Part shown: positions 37,703-50,035 of the stretch, in pieces | How the letters are laid out: the number at the start of each line of letters is the position of its first letter | How positions within the stretch are numbered: position 1 is the stretch's first letter | From: Octopus sinensis | Lineage: Eukaryota | Assembly: GCF_006345805.1 (NCBI RefSeq) | Contig: NC_043006.1 | Coordinates: 38,130,001-38,194,000, forward strand | Direction: 5' to 3' | Length of the DNA stretch: 64,000 bases | Notes under the pieces: generated by a model | The model's input: only the letters and a program-made list of their open reading frames with translations | Database searches by the model: none | Told to the model about the DNA's origin: nothing | Position numbers and translations under genes: made by a program

Positions 37703-39610
37703 TCAGAAATGCACAGCCAACAGTTTCCAAGCTTGGAACAATTATATCCCGACACTGTATGGACTCCGCAAGGACCACAAAATAACCACCAATCCAGTGG
37801 CAGGACTTCTAACAAGACCAGTCTGCAGAGCAAATATCACTAGCAACTACAGGATCTCCTACTTCCTTACAATGATCATACACCCCGTAATCCAGATGTC
37901 ACCAGATGTTTGTGACAGCAGAGAAGATCTCCTCAGCAGGATCAACGACTGTAACAACACCTGCGACCTGACAGGATGCATAGTTGATAGCATGGATGTG
38001 GTATCTTTACACCCATTCACCAATGAGGATTTTGTGGTGGAGAAGTGCATGGAGATGATCAACGAAAGCGAAGTAGAGTTCTGCAGTGTCAACAGAGGAA
38101 CTGGGCCTCCTATTCAGACTAACATATGACAATGAATATCAAGACAAATATGATCTTAGAACTTTCTGCCCCAGTAGACGTTTAAGAGGCAGACCCACTA
38201 CAATTACATCTATGGCCAGGAAGACCCCTATAGAGAAATGGAGCCATACAGACCCCTGAAAAACAGTATCAAGTAAAGAAAATTATTGCACATGCACTAG
38301 GGGCTAGTATAAGAGTTACCCTAAAAGCCACACGTTTGAGTTTAACAACAAAATATGCACCCAGGATGAGGGGGCAACCATTGGGGTTAGCATTGGTGAT
38401 GATGTGGCCAACCTTTTCATGGTATGGTGGAAAAGGAGGCTTAAAGAATGCCTGGCACAGAACTCCATACTCATGAACATGTACTCTCGCTATGTCAGTG
38501 ATATCAACATGGTGGATAAAGACACCCCCACAAGAGAGTACCCTTGAAATAGAAAAAGAAACTAATACTATGGAGAGCATCCAGCAAATAGCTAACTCCA
38601 TCCGCCAGAGTATTAAGATCACGACAGACTACCCTACAAAACATCCTAACCATAGACTACCAGTACTAGATACAGAACTCTGGTTGGAAACTGTGAATAA
38701 TAAAACCCAAATCCTCCATTCACACTATGCCAAGCCTATGGCCTCCAGATACCTGATCCACCGGAACTCAACTATTGCAGACAATACCAAATTCAATATA
38801 TTGATGGCAAACCTCATCAGAGTAAGGAGAAATGTGTCCCGGATGTGCAACCCTACAGAGTTAAAGAGACACATACAACACTTCGTTCACCGCATGCAGG
38901 TCTCAGGATACAGCCACAGAGAAAGGATCAGAGTATACAAAGGAGCCATGAGGAAATTTGAAACTATTATACGCAATGATAGGAATGAGATTTGCCCACT
39001 CTACAGGAGTAAGTCATGGAATACCATTGAAAGAACGAAAAAGAAAATAGGAAAGGCCAACTCATGGTATTTTAGCCACAAATACCAGAGTGTCATGTTC
39101 GTCAACACACCCCTAGAGGCGAACTGATGTACCGCTTTAGAAGGGCCCTAGACAAGCTTTAGCTAAGGATTAAGGTTGTAGAAAAGCCAGGTAACCCTAT
39201 CAAATCCCTAATCGGTAGAACCTAACATTTAAATAGAACCCCTTGTACTGATAGGAACTGTATTGTATGTAGATTTAGCCCACAAACAAACTGTAAAGTT
39301 AGGAATGTAGTCTATAGAATAAGATGTACAGAGGGATGGTGCAGAAACATGACAATGACGTACGTAGGGGAGACCGAACGGAGCATAGGAGAGCGGGTAA
39401 ATGAGAATTGGATGGAAAAGAAGAGCTCATTGATTCTATACCAGCATACCGAGTGGGAACACAGGGGCTCACTCAACAACATAGAACGGACGCAATGCTT
39501 AGACAAATTACAGAAGCTACTCACATAATAGAAGATAAACCTAGCCTGAATAGGAAACTGGAATGGAATGCTAGCATCCCCACCCCACATACACATCACA
39601 ATCTATGACA
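37703..39610 (+). mobile_element. Penelope-like element (RT + C-terminal GIY-YIG), Naiad-like, disrupted
   Basis: Frames give IPTLYGLRKDHK..TRPVC, GCIVDSMDVVSL, HTFEFNNKICTQDEGATIG...ANLFMVWW...MYSRYVSDIN (YVDD degenerate, 38491-38502), RLPVLDTELW...HYAKPMAS...RMQVSGY, then PCTDRNCIVC...NCKVRNVVYRIRC...YVGETERSIGER...DAMLRQITEA..I...LNRKLEW. Several frameshifts and stops. Confidence 0.85.
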
Positions 39611-39740
39611 GAATAAGATCCCCATAAACTAATAATAATATGAAACTTATACAATAGATAGATAAATAAATATAATTAAATAATTATATACGTAAACAAA
39701 AGAGGATCTATTCCATTTGATGTACAGATTTTTTAATTCT

Positions 39741-40158
39741 TCTGGTGCGTGAGGAAGGAAGGATTTAGAATAAGCCAGCAGCCGCCTGTGCACACAGCCA
39801 ATGTTGCGGTGCTGTCAGCCTGGCAGCTGCTGCTGGCCATCTGTGATGGATTTAGAAGAAGCCAGCAGCCATTTGGCCATGTGCACGGACTTGACTGAAC
39901 TGCCGACTGCTGTCACATGGTGTTGACCACGCCATCGCGATCCAAACTTTACGATTAACTTACCACAAGCAATGAATCGGTTGACAATGAGTGCAGTCGT
40001 GTGCAGGCTGCGGTGTTTTTGCCAGGTGGCCTCTGCCGACTGCTGTTGATGGCGTGGTCAACTCCACACGCCATCATGGTCAGCATCACAACATTGGCTG
40101 TATGTATGGATGACAGCCAGCTTCTTCTAAATTCTTCTTTCCTTCCTTACACACCAGA
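39741..40158. repeat. GC-rich nested inverted repeat (~420 bp fold-back)
   Basis: 39741-39814 is the imperfect reverse complement of 40081-40158; gttgaccacgccatc (39922-39936) is the exact reverse complement of 40048-40062. Confidence 0.8.
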
Positions 40159-40454
40159 AAACGGCTTTGTGGAATGATGACAATTATCAGGAGGGGGAGG
40201 GGGAGGTGCATAACACACGGACACACACTCACGGTCGATATCATGACAACAGCCTTTCGCACATGGCATATCAATGACCACTGTTGCATGCCCTTGTCAT
40301 TGACCGATAGTATGCCTCCCTCCATCTTCTCATGCCCAGCCACACAGCAGCGGCATTGAGACTGCTCGTCTGCATCCACGTCCATGTGGGCGCCACCAGA
40401 GCCAATGCTGGCAGCCGTCGCTGGCCTGACCAGAAAGGTGACGTGGTCGATACC

Positions 40455-40620
40455 ACAAAACTGGTCCATTGGTATTCTTAGCTAAAGCTAGAGCATCATC
40501 TCTATAAATAGCAAAATATACATCAGGAAAAGCTTTTCCTAACATGTCAAGCAGGAATAGCCCAATGAGATCACAAATTTTAGTAGAAGATAAAAATTTT
40601 GGTTACCAGTAATTTACATC
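40455..40620 (-). pseudogene. Second Penelope-like RT fragment (YRDD type), opposite strand
   Basis: KICDLIGLFLLDMLGKAFPDVYFAIYRDDALALAKNTNGP matches the PLE pattern E.CELVGL.LL..L......GLYRDDGL...N..GP. Confidence 0.65.
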
Positions 40621-41279
40621 CAAATAAATGAAATCATACTTCCAGTGATTTGTAAGATGTGATTGGATGAGATACGCTGTTCCATTCATGTACCTTTAGG
40701 TTAAAAAAATGCATGTTTATATTAAAAATTCAAATGCTAAAGAATAAAAAAATAAAACATAAATGAAATAAGACATAAAATCATAAGAAACATGTATGTG
40801 TGTGTGTGTAGATAGATGCATTCGAAGGAAGATAAAAATTGTAAATAGAGTTCAGCAATAAGAGATATTAGGAAAATGAAATCAGTTAAAAACTAATGGC
40901 CATTTAAGAAAATATATCAAAGGGCTGCAGGATCATCCCATATTCAGCTCCTTCGAAATAATATTTCCTTCTTCAGGATTCATTGTTTGTGGTAAAGTTC
41001 AGTTAAATTCGATGTGGTGGGTGGACGTTGAATGATTAAATAATTTAAAATATATTTGAAAAAATACACATGTATTTTTTCAAATATATTTCATATTGAA
41101 AGGAATGAGAGGTAAAAATGGAGAGCTTGTTCTCTATGGAACACGGAGGGGTGCTCTCTGTCATTGTACTGGCACCAGAGAGACCAGAAATGGTTTGTTG
41201 ATCTGTGCTGGTATCTCTCAAATGATGATAAATCCTTGTGTACACAAGGAATAGCAAGAATCATTATCATTATCATCAC

Positions 41280-41975
41280 CATCATCATCATCTGTTTTCC
41301 ATGCTGGCATGGGTTGGACGGTTTGACTGAGGTCTGAAGAGCAAGCGGCTGCACCAGGGTCCAGTCTGGTCTGGCAGAGTTTCTACAGCTGGATGCCCTT
41401 CCTAATGCTAGCCACTCTGAGAGTGTAGTGGGTTCTTTTTACATGCCACAAGCACCAGAGCCAGTAAGGCTGGTCTGGCAACGAACACATTCAGATGATG
41501 CTTTTTACGTACCACCAGCACAGGAGTCAGTCAGGTGGATGTGGCATTAACCACTTTCAGATAGTGCTTTTTACATGCCATCGGCATGGCAGCCAACTAG
41601 GGGGCACCAGCCCTCAGCTACAATACTGGTTTTACTTGACTCGAGCATATCATATTGCCCAATGCATCAGGAGCATTCTTAACTGGGCTGGATGTGCATG
41701 GCTGTGACCCCACTTTAGTTGCCGGGTCTTCTCAATCACAGCATATCTCCAAAGGTCCTGGTCTCCTGTCCTTACTTCTGTGAGGCCCAATGTTTGAAGG
41801 TCATGCTTCACCACCTCATCTCATGTCTTCCTGGGTCTACCTCTTTCACAGGTTTCTTCAACAGTTAGGGAGTGGCACTTCCTCACACAGCTGTCTTCAT
41901 TCATATGTAACACATGGCAGTCGCCTCTCTTACACACCACATTTGATGCTTCTTATGCCCAACATAAAGTTTTGA
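41280..41975 (-). mobile_element. SINE-like family C, long copy
   Basis: catcatcatctgttttccatgctggcatgggttggacgg...gatgcccttcctaatgc...tgtgaggccca. Confidence 0.7.
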
Positions 41976-42890
41976 AAAGTTTTTTCAAAATTTTCATCAA
42001 AATTTTTGAAAAATGTTTTGAAAATTTCATCAAATCCTCGGAAAAGATTTTCAAAATTTTCCCCAAAATCCTATAAAGGCACAGGAGATGCTATATAGGC
42101 TATATGTATACATATATAGACTATATATAATTCCAGGTGTGCCTATATAATCTATATAGGCCCTAGGGGGCCTACATTGTCTATAGAGACCCAGGGGTTC
42201 ATATGTTGGCTATATAGGCACAGGGTGCTTATGTAGGCTATATAGTTCTTCAAAATTTTCATGAAAATCCTTTGAAAAGTTTTTCAAAATTTTCATGAAA
42301 ATCCTTTGGAAAGTTTTTCATTATTGGCTCAGGTGTGCCTATATAGTCTATATATGCCTGGGGTACGTATATAGGCTGTGCAAGCACAGGGGTGGCTATA
42401 TAATCTCTATAGGCTCAGGTGGGCCTATATAGTCTATATAGGGCCAGGTGTGCCTATAGCAGCTATATAGGCCCAGAGCCACCTATATGTACTATATAGG
42501 CTCTGGGGTGCCTAAATAGTCTATATAGCCACAGGTGTCCTTACATAGGCTATATCGGGAAACGTAAAGCTATATAGATTATATAGACCTACCTACAGTA
42601 ACAGTGGCAGGTTTTGACACAGTGGCAGCAGTTCCATAACACTACAGTAAAGTCCAAGGAGGGTGAGGAATGTCAGGAAGATTTCCTGGAAAAGTCCGAG
42701 CAGGGGTGAGTGGGACTTCTGGGAAAGTCCGAGGATGGGGCTGGGTACTTCCTGGAAAATTCCAATGAGGGGGAGAACGGACTTCCTGGAAAAGTTAGAG
42801 GAGGGGTGGGTGGGACTTCATGGAAAAGTCCCAGGAGGGGGTGATTGGAACTTCCTGGAAAATTCCGAGGGAGAAGGTCTTCCTATTGTG
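41975..42890. repeat. Modular satellite block (modules A/B, short C, then D) of the foldback-like family
   Basis: tttgaaaagtttttcaaaattttcat runs alternate with ctatataggccc runs, then cagttccataactacag, then ~35-bp cttcctggaaaa(g/t)tcc units. Confidence 0.8.
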
Positions 42891-43164
42891 GATATCTCAT
42901 GCCTTTCCTCTCTCTTAGAAAACGAATTCATTGAAGCAGACGATAATTTGAACGTTCCTGCAACCACCTTTCTCATGTCTCCTCGCTTTTGAAACGCTAA
43001 TAATATTGTTAACATTTCTTCAAATTTCATTTGCTTGCAACAAAAGAAAATAACCGTAACATTTTTATTTAGTGAATATACAAAAATCGCTTTAATATCG
43101 TCTTCCTCTCGAGAATGTCTCTCACAAATAGAACAATAGAAATTCTAATTGTATCGTTTATCTT

Positions 43165-43500
43165 TTGGTTGTTTCAGGCATTCGACTGCAGTCACGCTGG
43201 GACAGCGTATCCAAAGGCTTAGTCGAACAAACCTGTTCTACTTATTTTTTAAGCTTGATACTTATTCTAAAAGTTTATTTTTGCCGAGTCACTAGCTTAC
43301 AGAGATGTAAACAAACAAGCACCGGATGTCTGTCAAACTTCTCCCTCACGAAACGGGCTTACTTCAGTTTCCCTCGACCAAATCCATTCACAATGTTTAA
43401 GTTTTGGTCGGATTGGGGCTTTGGTAAAAGACGCTTGACCAAGGTGTCACGCAGTGGGACTGAACCCGAAATCAAACTTTTTACCACACATCCATACTTG
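43165..43500 (-). mobile_element. Family A SINE, diverged
   Basis: gtttcaggcattcgactgcagtcacgctgg...cacgcagtgggactgaacccg. Confidence 0.7.
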
Positions 43501-44053
43501 TGCTTATGGTCACTCGTCTGCCTATCGTCAAAGAAATTTATAGAAGCACGCTAAAATCAACTTCAATGTCCATGATTAGCGTAACTCAAACATGAAATTA
43601 ATAGCAATGCTAATAATTTCTAATTGGATCTCTTTTCTGCCGTAAGGAAACAGATCTAATTAATAATATCCTACTCTTATGTTTTTCTCCGTCACAATAT
43701 ATGAATGAGAAAGGACGGAAGGAGTGAAAGATGAATAAGGAAGGAAGAGGTGACGGCAAACTTGGTAGTGAAATGATGGAAGTTCTTTGGTGAAAGAAGG
43801 ATATCAAACAGCGATTCAACTCTGCGTGAGTATGCGTGTGTGTGTGTATGTAAACGGGAGTTTGTGTGTGTGTGTGTGTGTGTATGTAAAAGGGAATTTG
43901 TGTGTGTGCGTGTGCAATGGAAGTGGGATGGTGAACATTCAACGCTGAAAAGGAAAATGAGCGTTTCAACTTTATTGGAGTAAATGTGTGTATGTGTGTT
44001 CGTGTACCTTATTATGTACCTTACCTCTATTATGTACCTTACCTCTATCTCTC

Positions 44054-44445
44054 TCTATATATAAAGCTGAAGTTGTCTGTGTATAGCAGGTTTGATAGCC
44101 TTCAACTAACACTATCTTCTCCGAGACCCTGCGGCGCAAGTTGACCAAAATTGAGAGAATGATAGGAGAATGGCTTGCTCTTCCTTCCGTAGAAGAAAAA
44201 AAATTCAAATCGGACCACGTTAACACCAAAAATTATTTACATCAAAAAGGTGCTTTTTTTTTCTATGAAAATCCCTATTTTTTACGATTTTTTGACTGCT
44301 GTGTCGCCATTTTTCGATGTATTTCAACCAGAAAATGTTCACTTAAAGAAAATAACAAACAACATAATGCAAAATTTTTACATTTCAAAAATTCCAATTC
44401 TAAAGGGTCAAAACAAACCCGAGCAACGCCGGGCGATACTGCTAG
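44054..44445 (+). mobile_element. Non-autonomous Helitron-like element
   Basis: 5' TCtatatataaagc; 3' hairpin cccgagcaacgccggg followed by cgatactgCTAG|T. The same 3' end is at 60440-60468. Confidence 0.65.
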
Positions 44446-44779
44446 TTAAGTTTAAAATGTTACAATTAGTCGTCATTTTTGACGACACTAGGCTAGCTAG
44501 TAAATAATAATCCTAATTAATCTCGCTTCTCTACTATTTCACTATAGTGGAAGGGAGATAATTATGTACTTACCGTCGCAGTTGGAATATATAGTTATTT
44601 CCCTTTAACTACTAACGTATTTTTATTCCGTCTCGGCTTTCATAAACACACACACACAATCTCTCTCTATGAAGGAATCCCTAAATTTGCATACCGAAGG
44701 TGTTTAACACTCTATAAATACCAGCAGCCTGTCAAAGGAGATCTTAGTCCACACATTATCAAGATATGAAGGTATGATA

Positions 44780-44822
<43 letters not shown>

Positions 44823-44859
44823 AGAGATTATTATCCGTACAACGCAAAGTAAGGTGAAT

Positions 44860-45700
44860 AAATTCAAAATAAGCAACAGGATATCAAGAGGTGATGCAGT
44901 ACGACCGTTTCAAGTGGCTCCATTTAATTGAGCAATGCAATCATTATATCAATTTAAATGTAGGGCTATCCTCAGCTGTATGAAAAAATAGAATTTTTTA
45001 ATCAGTTGGAAACATTAATAAAATTTTACTCAAATTTTCTAATTGAGCATGAAGAGGGAGAAAGTCCATGTTGCTACTTATGTGACTCAGAGTATACTAC
45101 ACTTCTAAGAAATGTATGGAGTTTGTTAGGATCAAGATTGTAAATGATTGTGGTTCATTGTTAATTTATTAGTCTTTTTTTTATCAACTACCAAATCTAA
45201 GGCTAAAGGAGAGTGTCTGTTTAGAATGGATGGACAGAGTTGAGAATTTATAGTTGGGGATGGTTATAAATATTGTCAGGATTTAGAAAATTTGTAACTG
45301 TCTATAAAGGAGGCTGGGTAGGGGAAGACCCTAAATCAAGATGTTAATTACCAGTTAAAGGAGCAAGACATTAATAAAACCTACAATGTTCATACAGAGG
45401 AAACTATCATGGAGGACAATGGATGATTGTATATAAACAATATTGTTATATTGTATGAAGATAAAATTTTAGATTACTAAAAACGATATTATAACCAGAA
45501 TAGATAAATTGTGTACATATACCAGTTTTAAACATTAGAAAGGGAAGATTACATAACATTAGTTTAATATTCATACCTGTTCTTAATTATTTACTTATAA
45601 GGTGATTTCTATAAAGATTGCTCTGGGTATTTACTTATGGAATACTGGGGTGATAAATCATGCTATCTTTATAATAAATATAAGCTAAGAATCAGAAAAA
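44860..45700 (-). pseudogene. Possible very decayed Penelope-like element
   Basis: Scattered minus-strand motifs (YNNIVYIQ, NSVHP, TDT, LHTFL.S..Y) in PLE RT order, with many stops. Confidence 0.3.
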
Positions 45701-46207
45701 GATCAGAAAAATAAGTTGTGTACAGATGCATACACATATTTAACTATGTGCACACATGCAAATATGCACAAATATTTCTACTTTATTATGGGTATGTTAT
45801 AATCGGCTCTTCTAGACTTGAGTAACTAGAAAGTATATATTTCTCTTTAAGAACATTAATAACTTATAAGAGATAAGAGGTTAATAGGTAAAGATATCAA
45901 AATAAGAAAACACAATAAGAAATTATTGAGAATAGTAAAAAAAATATATATAATTTAATATATATAATACTAGGGGGTAAGTTCACCTCATATATGACAC
46001 TAGCATTTAAATTGATGTAATGATTACATTGTTCAATGTATATATATAAAATGACAAAGGACCAAGATGCCTAACACCTTGATGTACTCAAGAAAACCTG
46101 TACTCCACAGCAGAAATGTTAAGACTGGTTCCTCTCGTGGTGTAAGCACCCATACAATTCCACATAAAAGTGCCTGTGCAGAGCCATGTACGAGCACACA
46201 GCACACT

Positions 46208-47715
46208 CTGCAAAATGTATATAGAGGGTATAGGCCCCCTGGCCTATATAATCTATATAGGTCCAGGGGGGCCTGTATAGTCTATATAGAGCCACCAAGG
46301 TCTATCTAGACTATATAGGAACCCATGGGTCTATATAACCCCTGAAGAAAAACTGGGCCTATATTGCAGCTTCTGCACCAGTATAGGATTTGATGAAAAT
46401 TTTCAAAAAATTTTCAATTGATTTCCTTGAAATTTCTGAACAACTTGTCAAAGGAATTTGATGAAAAATTGCAAAACTATATTGGCCTACGGGGCCTACT
46501 TAGGCTATTTGGCAGCCCCCCACTAGGATCCTATATAATCTATATAGGCCCCCACTTGGCCTATACAGTCTATATTGGCACCCATGGGTATAAATAGCCC
46601 ATATAGTCTCCCCTGGGCCTCAGTAGACTCTCTAGGAACACCTAGGCCTATATTGCAACTTCTGCACCTGTATAGGATTTTGATGAAAATTTTGAAAAAC
46701 TTTTTAATTGATTTCTATGGGATTTCTGAAAAGATTTACACAGGAATTTAGTGAAAATTCTGAAAAAATTTTCAAGAGATTCTGAAGAAAATTTTTAAGG
46801 AATTTTCAAAAATTTAAATGAAATATCTGAAGAAAATTTCAAAGTATTTGGTGAAAATTTTCAAGAACTATATAGGCACCACTGGGCCTATATAGTGTAT
46901 ATAGGCCCCCATGGGCCTATATAGCCTATATAGGATGCCCCTGGGCCAATATAGACTATATTGGCAAACTTGGGCCTGTATAGCCTATAATCACCCATGA
47001 ACCTCTATAGACTCTCTACAAACATCTGGGACTATACTGCAACTTCTGCGCCTATAAAGGGTTTTGATGAAAACTTTTAAAAACGTTTCAAAGGAATTTG
47101 AAAATTTTGAAAAAATTTCCAATTGATTTCCATATAATTTCTGAAAAACTTTTCTAAGGAATTTCGTAAAAATGTTTAAAAACTTTTCAAAGGTGTTAGA
47201 CGAAATTTTTGAAAAAGTTTTCAAAGAATTTGCTGAAAATTTTGAAATATATTGCCTATATAAGCTATATTGTCTATATAGTCTATATAGGCTGTATAGG
47301 CGCCCTGGGCCTGGGATTATATAGTCGATGCTGCCTGTATAGACTATATAGGCCCACTGGGACCTATATAGACTATATAGGCACCCCTATATAGACTATA
47401 TAGGCTATATAGCCTCTGCAAAATCTGTGCCTATATAGAATTTCAATGAAAACTTCCAGAAAATTTTCCATTGCTTTCCATGGAATTTCTGAAAAACTTT
47501 TCAAAGGAATCTGATGAAATTTTTGAAAAAGTTTTCAAAGAATTTCGTGAAAATTTTGAGGAACTATATTGCCTGTATAGGCACACCTGGGCCTATATAG
47601 CCTATATAGGTTTCCTGGGCATATATAATGAAGCTCAGATTTTGCCACAGGGCCTGCAATTCCTTAACACTACAGCAACAGTCTCAGATCTCACCATGGG
47701 GCAGTTCAGTAGGGT
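46208..47715 (+). repeat. Left arm of foldback-like element (alternating B and A modules, then C)
   Basis: Its inner ~250 bp is the reverse complement of 49000-49270. ORF-track peptides 47471-47731(+) and 48908-49270(-) share FLKNFSK.SDE.F...ENFEELYCL.RH.WAYIAYI..LG.YNEAQI.PQ.LQF.NTTATVSDL. Confidence 0.85.
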
Positions 47716-48760
47716 CAGTTGCACACTGTAAGGAAAACAGTACCAAGACACAATTCACTCCAACAGAAATTTGGAAACGACATGTTGTACTGCTTGACAT
47801 TCACGCCAGAAGCACCAATATGAACATTTCAGAGTGTTTTGATGTTAATCTGAGGAAAGTGCAGCGGATTCAGAAAGATTTGGAAGAGTCTAATGGTGAT
47901 TACAAAAATACAGCAGCTCAGAAATCTCACTTTGATAATTCTGATAAGAAAAGAACTGTTGGTGGGATCCAGGTCATGATTGACAAGAATCCTTCCAAGT
48001 CAGTCAGGTCTATTGCCAGGGTCATGGAAGTGTCTGAGTTTCTTTATCAGGCAGGTAGTGCATGAAGACATTTGGTATTCTTCATACGAAATGAGAAAGG
48101 GCCAATTTTTATCCCAAGCCATGAAGGACAAGAGGAAGCATCACACTACGAAGCTTTTGAACAAGCTCAAGAATACCATCCAAATCAACATGCTTTCGTT
48201 TTTCTCAGACGAAAGAATTTCTGCCAAGATCAGATGGTGAACCCACAGCAGTGTACCCAAAACATACTCAACACGGAGGCCTGCATCAAATGCCTGAAGG
48301 AAGTAGTGCTGCTCTAGATCAAGGGGGTGGCTGCTGGAAGATCCTACGTCTAGCAACAAGATTCGGCGCCATGCCACACAAGCAGGAGTACCCAGTGATG
48401 GCTATTAGACAATTTCTGTGACCACATCACCCCTAACATCTGGCCACCTAACTCCCCAGACTGCAACCCCCTTGATTATTATGTGTGGAGCACAGTTGAG
48501 CAAGAAACCAACAAAGCTCCTTTTACACCAAAGATGAACTGAAGGCAATGATTATGGCACCACTGACCCACTTAAAAAAAAGGAGACTGTCCAGAGTTGC
48601 AGGAAGTTCTGAAGTCGTCTAGAGGCTGTGGTTGAAGCCAATGGCGATTTTATTGAATATATTTATGCTTTAGTATTTCAAGATATTTTTATGTAATTCT
48701 GGTAAATATATCTGTTAATATATATCAGTGTTATTTTCAGTTTTGAAAATTGCCGCCCTT
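47716..48760 (+). pseudogene. Tc1/mariner maT-type (DD37D) transposon remnant, left end missing
   Basis: TQFTPTEIWKRHVVLL...NPSKSVRSIAR...FSDE (48208)...QQDSAPCH (48360)...WPPNSPDCNPLDYYVW (48474); 37 residues between the 2nd and 3rd D. Internal deletion and stops. Right end ttttgaaaattgccgccct. Confidence 0.85.
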
Positions 48761-48764
48761 GTTG

Positions 48765-49750
48765 GGAAATTTGAAACCATTACTAGTACTCTTGTGGAGT
48801 TCCTGCAATTGTGGTGAAATTTGAAACCAGTATTAGTACAGTTCTGAAGTTGCTGTTCCTGTGGCGATATTTGAAACTGTTACCTGTAGTGCTATGAAGT
48901 GGCAGCTTCAGTGGAAAAATGTGAGGTAATTACTAGTAGTGTTATGGAATTGCTGCTCCTGGGGTGAAATCTGAGACAGTTGCTGTAGTCTTATGTGAAA
49001 GCAGACCCCTGTGGCAAGATCTGAGACTGTTGCTGTAGTGTTATGGAACTGCAGATCCTGTGGCGAAATTTGAGCCTCATTATATAGGCCCAGGGAACAT
49101 ATATAGGCTATATAGGCCCAGGGGTGTCTACACAGGCAATATAGTTCTTCAAAATTTTCACAAAATGCTTTGAAAACTTCTTCAAAAGCTTCCTCATAGT
49201 AGTTCAAAAATATATCAAAATTTTCATCAGATACCTTTGAAAAGTTTTTCAGAAATTTTATGGAAAACAACTGAAAATTTTTTGAAAATTTTCATTGAAA
49301 TCCTATATAGGCAGAAAATTTGCAATATAGGCCCAGGGTTTTCTTCAGAGGCTATATAGGTAAGTCTGGGCCTCTGTAGTCTATATAGGAGTGCCTATAT
49401 AGTCTATATAGGTCCTAGTGGGCCTATATAGGCTATACAGGCACCAAAGGCCTATATTGACTATATAGGCCAAGGCCCAGGGGGCCTATATCGCCAGTAT
49501 AGGCAATATATTTCAAACTTTTCAACAAATTTTTGAAATGTTTTTCAAAATTTTCATCTGGAAAGTTCCGAGGAGGTAGAACTGAGAGGAGCAAGTAGAT
49601 GAAGGGGAGGAGGGGAGGTACTTCCTGGAAAGTTTCGAGGTGGGGGAACTGAGAGGGGGAAAGTGAGGAAGGGGAGGAGTAGGAGGTACTTCCTGGAAAG
49701 TCCGAGGAGGAATAATAAGAAACTTCCTGGAAAGTTCCGAGGAGAGGTAA
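48765..49750 (-). repeat. Right arm of foldback-like element (about 6 ~50-bp C units, B/A modules, outer D module 49555-49750)
   Basis: Tandem gtggcgaaatttgaaac..ttgctgtagtgttatggaa units, then inverted B/A modules, then purine-rich cttcctggaaagttccgagg units. Confidence 0.85.
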
Positions 49751-49779
49751 CAAAGCCCCGGGATGACCAGTGGCATGTG

Positions 49780-50035
49780 GGCGAATTTGGTTGAAAGAAA
49801 CTGCGTGGAATCTCGTCGTGTGTGTATGAGCACGTCTTTGTAGCTGTGTTTTTTCCTCTACGCCGCTTGACAACCGGTATTGTCCTAATTAAACGGTTCC
49901 GTGGAAGAAAGACCAATATCCTAAATACCAAACTAAAATACGTACAGATTGAGATCGATTTGTTCGAATAAAAATGCTTCAAAGATGTGCTACAGCATGG
50001 CCGCAGTCCAATGACCGAAACAAGTAGCAGAAATA
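49780..50035 (+). mobile_element. SINE (family A-related 3' part)
   Basis: cgccgcttgacaaccggt...cagcatggccgcagtccaatgaccgaaacaagta. Confidence 0.65.

Noticed and set aside
39125-39127. TGA in the Penelope ORF as a selenocysteine codon
   Set aside because: It results from a frameshift; the conserved GEL...IKVVE..G continuation is in another frame and the position is not a Cys site.
46991-47731. Phe/Lys/Glu-rich and YIAYI-type ORFs in the foldback arms
   Set aside because: These are translations of tandem modules; useful only as evidence of arm symmetry.
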